DNA of 35,507 nt from positions 1 to 35,507 of the forward strand of contig JAHLWZ010000971.1 of NCBI GenBank assembly GCA_020536535.1, in the 5' to 3' direction. Positions 24,283-35,386 of this stretch are shown here, piece after piece. The stretch comes from Pelomyxa schiedti. Lineage: Eukaryota; Protista; Evosea. The translations under genes and the position numbers were made by a program. Below the pieces are notes generated by a model. That model was given only the letters and a program-made list of their open reading frames with translations. It ran no database searches and had not been told where the DNA came from. Numbering within the stretch: position 1 is the first letter of the stretch; each line of letters starts with the position of its first letter.

Positions 24283-24607
24283 TCAAGTCTCATACAAAAA
24301 TAACCCCCATTGTTTGTTTCTACTGCTTGGGTCTCCCCAGCATCCGAGGAGCCTTGCCCGGCCAGGGTCCAAAGACTCAAAAAAAAGGGCTGTGTGGCAA
24401 GGTGACTTCGCGTCCCTGCAGTTCTTGTGCGGTTCTAATCACTGATGGATTTCGGGGAAATCTGGAAAGGATTCCTTAGAGTGGTCACTATCCAAACCCA
24501 TCTACCTCGGAACAGTGTGAGTCCAAATGTTTTGTTGCGGTGAAGAGCCGTGTAAGATATTGATAATGGGTCACAAAAAAAGATAAAAGATTTGCTCAGC
24601 GTGCCAC

Positions 24608-27600
24608 TCAGGGTCTCTGGGACAAGGAGGATAACATGGTATCAGGTGGTGGTTGTTGTTGAACTTGTTGTATTTGTACTGGTGGATATTGTGGTGGTTG
24701 TAGAGGTAGGGGTTGTGGTTGTTGTTGATGGACTTGTTGTTGGTGTTGTTGGACTTGTTGTGGTAGTGGTAGTGGTGTCTGCGGTGAGGGTGGGGCATCT
24801 TGGGAGTTCTTCCTTCTCCTTGCGGTTCTTGGTTGCTTGGGTGGCCTCTCTGGAAGTGGTTTTCGTCGAACATATGGTCTCTTGGTTCTTTTTGGTGGCT
24901 GGGAGTCTGTTTGTTGCTGCGGTTGCTGCTGTGGCTGCAGCTGTTGTTGTGCAACTATGGGTGATGGTGCAAGTTGGTGAGGGGAGGTTGCCGGAATTAG
25001 TGCTATTTGCTGTGCCGGTACTTGTGATTGAGTGAGCTGTGGTGGTATATTGGAAGGGGCTGCAACTGCACCTGTTTGTGAAGGGGCCAGTTGAGACAGT
25101 TGAGACAGTTGAGACGGTTGGGTGGAAGTTTGGCTTGATTCAGCTACTTGCGGAGTTTCTTGACTTGTGGAACTAACCCTCCGCTTTCTGGGTCTTCCCC
25201 TTGCGGGTTTTGACTTGGCAACATTTCCATCCTGATGATTCTAATTTACCAATATAAAAGTGCATAACTGTTGTACCTCGCCTTTGTCATTGCTTGTAGG
25301 CGTTGAGGAAATTTCAGAACCCACAGATTCAAGGTCATCCTCAATGTCATCAAGTGTCAGTAATGATCTCTCACACTCTCGTCCAACAAAATTTCGTGGC
25401 AATACTGTCTTTATTTTTGTTGGAATTTAGGTGTAGTTTAAACAGTAGGAATATGATACCATTTTCCTTCTCACTTTGTGCTGGTATGACTCTAACTCTG
25501 GGTCGGGACTAATGGCTTTCCACCTCCGCCAGCACTGCAACCAACCAAATTAAAGAAGAAAAGGAAGGCGTCAATTACCCACCTGGTTATCAGTCCTGCA
25601 AGGAATTTTGCTTGCTATTAGGGACCATTTTTCTCCATATTTATGATACAGATCAAGTAGCATTTTATCTTCCTGAGGGAGGTAATGTGTCACTATGTAT
25701 CACAGGAGGAAGGAAAATTAAATACCTCTGGTGTCCAAACACTGGAGAGAATAAGAGAGGGGTCAAGGACATTCTTCCATCGTTCTCTGCACTTAACATC
25801 CGATCTGTTGGGCACATGATGTGCAATCTTAGCCCATCTTTTTGGTCCATAATAGTGTGACGCTATCATCAGCCTCTGAGAAGAAAATTTAATGTCGAAA
25901 TAGTTATTAATTGGGGTGTAACTATGTCTTCTTCATCATTCCAGTGCCCTTGTTTGAGGCTCGGTTTCAGGGATTTCAGCCACCTGTGTAGGCATTGCTG
26001 CCCATTCCGTCCAGGCAACAAGCTTGCAACTTTTTTGTTTTGTTTTGTTTTGTGAGAGATGCAAAGTAGATATCAAAAAATATTACCTCTTTGCCAGTCT
26101 TTCTCTCCATAAGTAGCAACAGACCGTTTAAGTATTTCATCCTCTGCTGCGGTCCACTTGCTTTGTTCTAAGTGAGACCTTTTGTTTTTTATAGTGGGAC
26201 ATGCCTGTGCAATGACTGGGAATTGAGACTTCGTTGGTACCTTGCCAGACATTGATAAGCCTGGCGACCGCCCTGTTTGGAATTTGAATTCTAAGAGAAA
26301 AACTTCATTGGCTTCGGCACTCACACCCAACTCGGCTGCGATTAGATCCCAGTCATGTGCATTGTATTTTTTGGCCAGCTGTAGCAGTCGTATATCCTCT
26401 TCCTTTGTGAAGGGGTTTTTGTTAATGGTTGGAGACTGAACATTCATCCAGCGGCGTTTGCATTCTGCAACACTGTGTGATGGAACCTAGAATATATGAA
26501 ATTTTTTTCCTGGTTTCTTCACTTACAGCTGACTGTACTTCATTCCAGTCAAACTTTGGATGTATGCAAGAAAGTAGCTTTTCATCTGGAATATTTCGAA
26601 GAGCTAGGAGCTCCAAGTTCCATCTTGCAGACTCCTCTGGGGTGGTACCCTCCCCAATGTTATACCTGTGAGAGAATTATTTTATGAGTGCACTTGTTTC
26701 ACAGACTTGGTGTAGGTGATCTCTTCTGTCATCAGAGTCAATTGCTGTTTCCTTGTTTTATTGAGTGGACATGAGAAACAGGGTATAAAACAAACTTTAC
26801 AGCAGTGTAAAGTAGTGCGGAATCCTTTTCACCCCCTGTGAGAGCCATTATCAGTGTAAGTAAGTTGTGGGAAAAGTTGTTACATTGAGCAATTGACTCG
26901 GGTGTTGGTACTTGATTTGCTGCTTGGTGAATTGCGTCGAGGTTTGGTGGAGGTTCCTAAAAGGAAATTGAATCCTTCACTTCAAGTAGTCAATAAGGAC
27001 CTTTCCAAGCTTGTCTAAAAAGTAGGACCTACCAGGTATGTGCGTTGATCTATGTACATTGGCAGCAGCAATCTTCTTGTTGGCAGTTCGCAACTTATCC
27101 ACACGTTCCTTTCAGTAGTTTTTAGCATTTTTAATTTGTCTTTCTCATTCTGGGCGGCTTACATAGAGTGTTTCACACTCACTGAGGGCATAGTGCAGAG
27201 TAGTGGCAGTTTTCATTAGCATTTCCTGGTGCAGTAAGATCACTTCAATGTAAAACTCTATTGCTTTCGCTCACAGCAACGTACATACATAATATTTGTG
27301 AGCTTGCTTTGAGAGAGCCTCCAAAACTGGGTCCACATGTAACTCATTCTCACGCTTTGTAATCACTAAGGAAGTGGAAAGAGGAGAAGTAATTCCACTG
27401 GAGGGCGTGAAAGGAGTTGGCGGGTTGGTATTGTCTGCCATCACAGAGGTTTGAACATCGAAAGTGGCTGCTAAATTACAAGATTGTTGAAGATTTTCCA
27501 GTCTCCTTGCCGAGGAAGAGTTTTGTGTACCACCACTAAGCAACGAGGAGCACTCAGAATGTTGTGTTGGGCTCACTGCATCACTCAAGTAAGAGGAGCC

Positions 27601-28260
27601 ATCCAAACCAGAACCAGAACCAGGTGCAGCACCTCCCTCCCCCTCCGGATTGTCATTTTTTCGCCTGATCTTGTCTTCAAAGTCCTTGTCCAGGATATAC
27701 TCGAGATCCTGTTCGCCCCCGTCCTCGCCTCCCATAACCGCCGCTGTGCCTGTTCCCGTGCCTGTGATTGTGCTTGTGCTTGCGGTCGTGGTCGTGGTCG
27801 CGGCTGCGCTTGCGCGAGCAGCTTCTTCCTCAAGTTCGCCGTCGACGTCGGGCTCAGCCTCAGGCTCAGCCTCAGCCTCGACGTGGACCCCGCCCCTAGA
27901 TGTCGCCGCGCCCATCTCGTACACCTCGTAGTATTCATCGGGCCCGAGGGTGCCAGTGTCGTCGCCGTAGTCGTTGTTGTTGTTGTGGGTGTTGGCCGCG
28001 GGGGCATCGGCGCCGTTGTAGTTGTTGTCGTAGCCGTAGCGGCTGGCGGCGCCGTCGTCGTTGTCGTAGCCGTCGTCGTCGTCGGCGTTTCCGGCGTTGG
28101 GGGTGTCGTTGGCGGCGGCCGTATCTCGGCTGCTGTTGTTGGGGGACGCCATTTCGGCATTAAGTAGTTCGTCAAGGCGAGATGCGGACAGGTCGAGGGC
28201 GTCGTCGGCAGCTGCAATCTCGGCGCCGCTGCTTGTTGGCGCATCGCCTCGCTCAGTCAT
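24608..28260 (-). CDS. SNAPC4: SNAPC4/SNAP190-like multi-Myb-repeat protein (snRNA-activating complex subunit 4), multi-exon
   Basis: Myb repeats: W-MNVQSPTINKNPFTKEEDIRLLQLAKKYNAHDWDLIAAELG; CLARYQRSLN; KWTAAEDEILKRSVATYGEKDWQR; VASLLPGRNGQQCLHRWLKSLKPSLKQGHWNDEED; VPNRSDVKCRERW. Acidic low-complexity exon 1, an upstream YFLDK..EPPPN motif, and a Q/P-rich tail ending SQRP* at 24608. Confidence 0.82.
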
Positions 28261-28467
28261 TTTTTTTTTGTTATTGTGTTGTTTCTGATTTTTCCGCCTG
28301 GGCGCATCTACTATCCACTGAGGATATTTGCTCCAACCGAGGAAGAGGGGAGTGAGCTCACACAAGGTCCACGAGCACTCCCACCCAGCATAATGAAGGT
28401 CGCCATAGTTTCTACACAGAACTTGTTCGAGGAAAAGACTTGCACGAAAGATAGCAGATCTCCTACG

Positions 28468-29776
28468 ATGAATGTGGGTGTTGTAGTTGCAGTGGCGGTG
28501 TTGGCTGTGGTTGTTGGGGGCAGTAACATTTACCCCCAGTATCTATACTTCAAGTAGGGACGCTTTTATGTTTGGTTTTTGCGCACACCTCGCCACAGTT
28601 TTGGGTTTTTTTTCCTAATTCACTTTTTCCCCCACGTCGTAGCACCCTGCAATTGGATGATTTGGCTGAGAGAGGAATTTGTGTACTTTCTGGCAGTATG
28701 TGACAACATAAATCGTTTTCTGTTTCCCCCTTTGTTTTTTTTTTTTTTTTTTTTTTTTTGGGACTGTGCTTTTGTCGTTACTGTGAAGATAAGTTTATCT
28801 TCTTTCAGTAGTAACAAAGAAAAAAATGGTGACACTGTGCAGAGGATGCATACCAACAAGGGAGTGGGACTTACAAGTACCGCAATGTGTGGGCCTGTGT
28901 TGTGGGTGAAATATCAGTAGCTAACTTCAACACTGGTGTGCTTGCAAACCCAGCTTTCGACTTTTCTTTCCTCTCCTGCTTATACAATGACTAGAAGTGG
29001 GCCTCTTATTCTCAACAAAAGATCCTTTGGTTGTGAGCTCCACCCAATATATGGGCACTCTTGAAACTGTCCGAAGCAAGGTACAGTTTTGTTAAGTCTA
29101 TAGACTCAAACACTGTTAAAACTACTACAGTACAATGTGGCCGCGTCTGTCAATAATGCCACACTGTTTGAATCGCTTCACTATGATGATCAGCAGCACC
29201 AATTTATGCTTGCAAGAGGGGTCGATTCCTCACAGGTCTGTATCACCACCTACCTCTCAAGTCTCAGTCACTCTTAGCGCATAGACTGGATTGGAATACC
29301 TGCAGCGGACATACCTGATTTGTATGTCCAAAGTGAAATTGGTAACATATACCCCATTGTGCCTGTTCCAGGCAGTTTCTACATTGTGCGGATGGCTTCA
29401 GATTACTTTGGAAATACAACAGACTTAACAGTGTGGCTTGTATGTAAATAGGCTTGAGTACTAAGCACATAACCAGAAATACACAAAAGCCTTCCTCAAG
29501 GTCCTAGTCGTGGATATTCTCCCCCAGAATGACGGCTGCAGCATCCGCTGGGCAATGTTTTGGGGAATAGAGAGATACACCAGTGAAGATGACCAAGTGT
29601 ATGCTCTTGCTAAAAACGCCAAGGCAATAGGCACTGGAGCCCTCATCATGGCTGTATTTCTAGCAGGCTGCCTTGCAGCCTTTGTTTTTGCACTCTTCAT
29701 GTGGAAAAAGCAAGAGAGTTCCAGCACAGAAGGTTCAGAGGAGAAAGTCTTGACCACAACAAATGGGACATTCTAA
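28468..29776 (+). CDS. Hypothetical type I membrane protein, multi-exon
   Basis: Signal peptide MNVGVVVAVAVLAVVVGG, several short exons with GT..AG boundaries, and a last exon with a TM helix (GALIMAVFLAGCLAAFVFALFMW-KK) and a short tail. No family recognised; internal exons are not fully resolved. Confidence 0.6.
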
Positions 29777-29856
29777 TCACAGCAACATAACACATGTATC
29801 CCTAACCAAGAAAAAAAAAACCAACAACAGCATGCAAAAATACTTTGTGTTAGAAT

Positions 29857-30312
29857 TCACTTGCAGTGGAGTTTTTCATCAAATATCTGCAGGTATGTCC
29901 AGGCAGGTGGGACCACACCATAAACCACAAATCTAAAGACTGTCCACACCCCAAAAGAGAAACAAATAGCATGGACCGTTTCCAAGACGAGCCCAATCAA
30001 GCGCAACTCTCTCAAAAAGAAAAAGTGAGGTCTATTGACGAGAGCGAAACCCCGGCAAAAAGGAAACAAAAAATGGACGAGGGTAGGATACCTTTCAGGG
30101 AGTAACGACGTATACTGGTACTCTGGCCCTGCCTGCTATTGATTGTCCCTTGGCGCTTGCCCCAATACAACTCCATCCCACCTGTGCACGAGTACTACAA
30201 CACCGGAGTCAGTTGTCGTGGTGGGATGCGTGATTGTGATTATGGGTATAGTTGCACGAGATATACCTTGGGCGACTTGTCTTGCCTGCGGTTGTTCTGC
30301 GGCGACGTGCAT
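29857..30312 (-). CDS. Possible small (~95 aa) 3-exon hydrophobic protein
   Basis: Can be spliced with GT-AG introns as MHVAAEQPQARQVAQ|GGMELYWGKRQ..RRYSLK|ELRLIGLVLETVHAICFSFGVWTVFRFVVYGVV..HCK*. No homology recognised. Confidence 0.3.
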
Positions 30313-30543
30313 GGCTTGTTGAGTCGCAGTGGTGTGCAGGTTTTCAAATATAAAGTGTCAAAAATTACTAATCTCAAACTACAGATACAGTTAAATGCCA
30401 AACGACCTTAGTTTAAAATGCAGCCCCAACAGGGACATTAGTGGTCCCACTTACACAAAGAACTCATAACACCAAAACACCCTCTTTTAAAAAAAATAGG
30501 TCTTCCTAGAAATAGAATCCCTGAAATTTCAGCCAAATCCCTC

Positions 30544-33500
30544 CTACAGGAGAGGTTGTGCAATGAAAATGTGCTCGTGTGTGGGTGTAAAGAAGTCCTT
30601 CTGGCTGTGTAGGATGGAGAATTTTTCGGAAACCAATAGTTGTTGCACAGCATCTAACGGCAAGTACAAAAGGTGGTCCACCTGTTTGTTAACGTTAGAA
30701 GAAATGTGATGTAATAAAAAGTTGAGGAACCTTGTAGGGCAAGTCTCGCAGTGCTGCTCTGTACACAGGGACCCTGAGAAGGAGAACTCCAGGCGGCTTA
30801 CCTGTGGATGGTTGTGGCAACAGAATTTGCCGTACGTTTCGAAGGTATTCTCTGGGAGTGCTCACATGCTCCAAGACATCGAACATTGTGACAATGTATG
30901 GTTGCTCAAGGTTGTGTGTGCTCAATACGGCGGATGGAGAATCCCAGAATTGTGTATGAAATATGAGTGGCACTGGAGGTGTTCCAGATAAATTTGCTAA
31001 AAGTCCTTGTGATTGTTCAACGGCATGCATGGAACAGTCAATTCCATAAGCTTTCCAGCCGGCTTTGTAAGCGGCCATTATGTTGGCACCAAATCCCGAG
31101 CCCAAATCAAGAAGTGCCGCATTTGTCACTGTTTTAGGGTTTGGCAACCCACTTTTCTGGAGGCACTCATTTAGAAGATCCATGAAAAGCCTTCCGTTTT
31201 CAATTCTTGAGAGCTGCTGTTCAGGATAGTTACAATATCCACAAATAGAGCTGAATTCATTGCAAAAATAGGTTTCACTTTGGTATAGGGCATCATACAG
31301 TCCTGGCAGAGAAAAGGTGTTGAAGCAAGTGTTACACTGTTTGCATAAGCATAATTTTCTTGCTTCAGCCAGAGCCACGAAGTCAGAGGGTGACAAAATC
31401 ACCTTGGATGAACTTGTCTTTGGAGGTAGTGATGTGAAGTTTGTTTGGCATCGTGGTTGTTGGTCAACCTCCAAGTCACTGACTTGTTGAGAGGCACATA
31501 CAGGACACTCCACGAGAATTGGGAATTGATTTAAACCAGTGGATTCTGTCTTTATTAAGGCACGTAATGCTTCTGGTATCACAACTTCACTCATGTATTG
31601 AAGACAGCTACTCTTTATGAACCTAAACCTGACCTTGTATGTTGAGCATGTGAACATTCCTGGGGTATGTCACTCAGACCAACTGTATGGAGAAAATACC
31701 TTTACAAATCGTGTGGTCACATATTGCCGGAATTGATTGCATGCTAGGAGAGCAAGGGCATGAATCACTCACGGGTACTCCCTCAGCTTGAAGCAGTGTT
31801 TGTATCACAGAGCTCAGAAACAATAATCCCTTTGCAGGCATTGATACAAATCCAGAGTGAGTTCCTGTGTGATGAGCCTTGAAAGCCATTTCGTTTGCTT
31901 TCCAACGGCTGCATACACATTCGTGTAGTTCTCTCATAGGATCGCATAGTCTCACATTAATGGGACACTTCAAGTTTGGTTTTCCTTCAATTACAGAGAT
32001 ATCTTCCAGATCTACCTGCTCACTCTGCAACATGGAGAATTTGTCTCCGAACTGCAAAAGATTAGTACTTGGCAGGGTAAACACTAAAACCTGTGTGTAC
32101 ATCTGTGGAGTAACGTGAACACAAGCACCTAAGCAAGAATAGGTTGCTGCTCTCCAGCAACTATAGGCAAGAGTTTCTTTTGTTTCCCAAGGAGAGAAGA
32201 AAAGAAGATCCATAGCCGGATTGATTCCAATTGACAAACAGCAATCCAATGCTGAAGCACGTTAGTCTAGCCTACATAATGGCAAATTACTCACCCACTA
32301 AATTGGTTTTCTCTGTCGTGTCCTTGCACATCCCGTTGAGTACAGAGTCGCAGAATGACTCTATGCCAAGAGTAATCTGAACGAATCCTGCTTTGTTCAA
32401 TCTGCTCAGAACAGTGGGGGAAACTGTGTCTGCCCGTGCTTTGCACGTTTTTGGTATTTTGGTTAGTCCCGCTTTGATAATTTCATCACAGATTTCAGTT
32501 GCCACTTCGACATCCACAAGAAAATCATTATCACTCACATGAACACAATCAAATGTTGAATTTGATGGGCCCATGGCATTTTGTATAGCTGATATGATAC
32601 TTGCAACAGGTGTAGGAACTGTCTGATCACGAGGGGCACTGCAAAATACACACCTTCCCCTGCATTTATCACTCACTTTCACATAGAGTTTATGTACACC
32701 TGTGCCACATGGGTAAGGTGAAACTGTTTGTTGCCTTCTGCTGTTGTCAACTTCTTTGTAGCAGGTAGTATTGACTACGTCTTGAGAACTGGTGGTATAG
32801 GCAATTCCTGCCCCAATTTCGTCTGCATTTACGGTCATAAATTGAAAAGCAGAGGATGCGGTTGCTATATATTTGCATGAGTCATCCAGCACTCGGATGA
32901 ACAGATTGGGCAAAGAGGATAATTTACGGAACAGTGTAAATTTCCATGATTGGAAGCGAGCCCAAGGCTCTACTTCGGTTCTGTGTTGTAACAAAAAGGA
33001 TGCTATCTGATGAAGAATGGCTTCCCCTGGCCCTGCCACATAGATATCAAATGGAAGTGATTCAAATAACTTTGCGTGAGGGTAATGACTGATATTCAGC
33101 CCCCCACAAACCAGTAGAGCATCAGGGAGAGTCTTATACACTTCCATTATGAGTGGGGCATCGTTTCTCAATGTTTGTGGAATAAAGCTGAAACCTACGA
33201 CGTCATAGTCAGCCCTTGAGAGTACAATTTTCAGAGATTCAGCTGGGTGATCACAGAGATTTGGATTGAACACACGACAATCTACAAAGTCGGTGTCATG
33301 TGTCATATAGTGACGGAGTTGTTCCAAACCCTATAAGTTGTGTAAGGAGGATGCCAAAAGGGAAATAAGAGGGTACCCAATGAGGAGCTACAAATGGAAG
33401 TGTGGAAGCTCCCCCTTGAGCGGTACCACAGGGAGCAATAAGAAGAATTCTAATGAACTGATTACGGTGCCTTACAGGCACAGAAGGGACTTTATTAGCA

Positions 33501-35302
33501 ACATCCTCAAAACTTCCACACGTCCCATCCAAACAGGACTTCAAAAAGGTAGTCAAAGCCTCCTTCCCAACAGTTCCACAGTGGGGTAACATTACATCTT
33601 GCAGGGGATGCATCGTCCGACCAATCCAGTGGCATACATTGGGGGGAACAGGTAAAGTTAAATTTCCACATGTGAATTTCCACTTGCCCCGGTCAAAAGT
33701 GAAGATTACATTGCCGGTTTTTGCACCATAAAGTGAATCAATAGCATTGCTGAAGTCACATGACAGAGAAGAATTTAGTTCTGGAAGAGGATTCATCATG
33801 GTAGATGGAGAGTGAAAGCGTTCAATGAGGGAGAAAACGAGATCTGTCAAACTGGTGGTTGTCAAGGTTGGATGGTTGATATTCAAAAGCTATCTTGTGT
33901 AAAAATTCGATAATTAAAGTCAATTTTGGCACCTTGAGGCAGGCAATGAATAGAGCCAAACCATTTACACCTATACTTCGGTCAACTATACCCAAAGGCC
34001 ATCTTGGGTCATGGGTGAACCCTTCGAGGATAGACTCAAAACATGGGACCAAGTCAGTTGCCACAGAGTTTCTTATCTCAACGTTCTACTTGGGATGAGA
34101 AAGAGGAGTAATGTATTCTCAGCATGCCATTGGGAGAATGTGTGAAGAATGTTGAAGTACAATATTGGCTGGCCCTTGAATAGTCTCGTTCACAATGGGC
34201 CACCCTTTTTCCTTGGCGAGATCGACGAGGGGACTGCCTTTGCCAGAATGAGTTGACTACATAATGTACAAAGTACCTGCATAAAGCTCTAGAAAAGGGA
34301 AACTGTTGAGAGCCAGTCGGGACCCTGTTTCTAAGGCTACATGCAGCAATTCCACTGACCGTTCAATTGTTTCCAATAGAGCCTGGATTCACAAGTAGGT
34401 ACAAAATTGAGCGCAATTGGCATACCTCTACAGTGACAGTAGGGTGGAAAAGAATGAGGTTGATGTTTGTAATTGGAACACCAACTGACAAGCTGGCTTT
34501 CACAGAATCAAAAGCTTGTTTCCCAGTGAATCCTTTCTTGAGTTCAGGTGACATCAAGCTTGCATCAGAAAATGATTCTACTCCAAATGATAAAACTCGC
34601 AACCCAGCCTTAACTCCAAGATCGAGGACCTCTGGATTCACACAGGAAACGCGTGTCTGGCCTATAAGCATGAGGTTTCCTGGTACAGTTCCTGCCTGCT
34701 TCGCCCTTTTAAGTAATGTTATTTCAGATTTGTATCTATTGCTATAAAACCTGATAAGGGCAGAAAAAAGGTTGCTGGCTCTTGTTGGAGAAAGAAGGAA
34801 GTCATCATCATTGAAATAGACTGCTGAAGATTCACTTGTTATCGAGCAGATCAGTTGCGCAATTTCTTCGGGGTCGAGAGAATGAGGAGCAGTATAAAAT
34901 TGCCATCCAAATCTCTGGGCTTAAACCCGTTAATGAAGAAAGAACAGGATTTAATAGTTACCAGTGCAAAATGTGCATCTATGAGGGCAAAAGCTTGTGG
35001 TGTATAAACGAACTGTGTGAACAAACTCTGATGTAGGGGAGAGTACGCTCTCAGCCAGACGCCAGTAAAGCCTATATGGAATCTCGGCGCCACTGTATTT
35101 AGCGAGACTGAGGAATTCTTCCTTGGAAATCTATCACAGAGTGAGTACAGAATCATACACTGTGGATTCAACTGAACATCTTCGAAGAGAGTCTTCAATT
35201 TCAACAGGTGCAGCATTGCGCAGAATAACTCCTGGGATTGACACGAGAGGAGCAGTTAGCCCATTTTGCAGTATAGATGTGATCATGTCACACATCACGG
35301 GT
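30544..35302 (-). CDS. Multidomain fusion: B12-binding-type radical SAM + second B12-binding radical SAM + zinc-ribbon class I SAM methyltransferase (5' end truncated), about 10 introns
   Basis: RS1: GEPVM..IPGVILRN, VRLYTTSFCPHRCTFC (34966-34989), YFNDDDF, QTRV, LSFGVESFS, ELYA|GSPL. RS2: RILLIAP..PHW|GLEQL, DVVGFSF, LLVCGG, DIYVAGPGE, SDKCRGRCVFC, SDNDF, LGIESFCD. MTase: CPVC..CKQC, LLDLGSGFG, YGIDCS, TMFDVLEHV, ending QPLL* at 30544. The introns keep one reading frame throughout. Confidence 0.85.
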
Positions 35303-35386
35303 TCGCCAAGGAAAAAGGGTGGCCCATTGTGAACGAGACTATTCAAGGGCCAGCCAATATTGTACTTCAACATTCTTCACACATTC
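35303..35386. repeat. 84-nt perfect inverted copy of 34136-34219
   Basis: tcgccaaggaaaaagggtggcc...cacacattc is the exact reverse complement of gaatgtgtg...ccttggcga at 34136-34219. Confidence 0.95.

Noticed and set aside
27230-27300. In-frame TGA in SNAPC4 (ttg ctg TGA gcg aaa gca ata gag) suggesting readthrough or an alternative genetic code
   Set aside because: It lies inside a plausible short 3n intron starting gtatgt. Other in-frame stops in the window also fall in introns, TGG is used for conserved Trp, and TGA ends genes normally.
27484-28244. Long overlapping or antisense ORFs (also 21348-22100, 2892-3383 and 24571-25035)
   Set aside because: These are shadow frames of GC-rich or low-complexity coding exons, with no independent motifs.
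28733-28759. Long poly-T run (also ~19246-19273, and poly-G at ~11438)
   Set aside because: These are intronic homopolymers with no adjacent retroelement or target-site duplication.
30544-35302. Bacterial contaminant or endosymbiont operon
   Set aside because: The sequence is interrupted by about 10 spliceosomal introns of the same size and style as those in neighbouring eukaryotic genes.
34136-35386. 84-nt inverted repeats read as terminal inverted repeats of a 1.25-kb transposon or invertible segment
   Set aside because: The left copy is in-frame coding sequence and the interior is continuous radical SAM sequence. There is no transposase, recombinase or target-site duplication.
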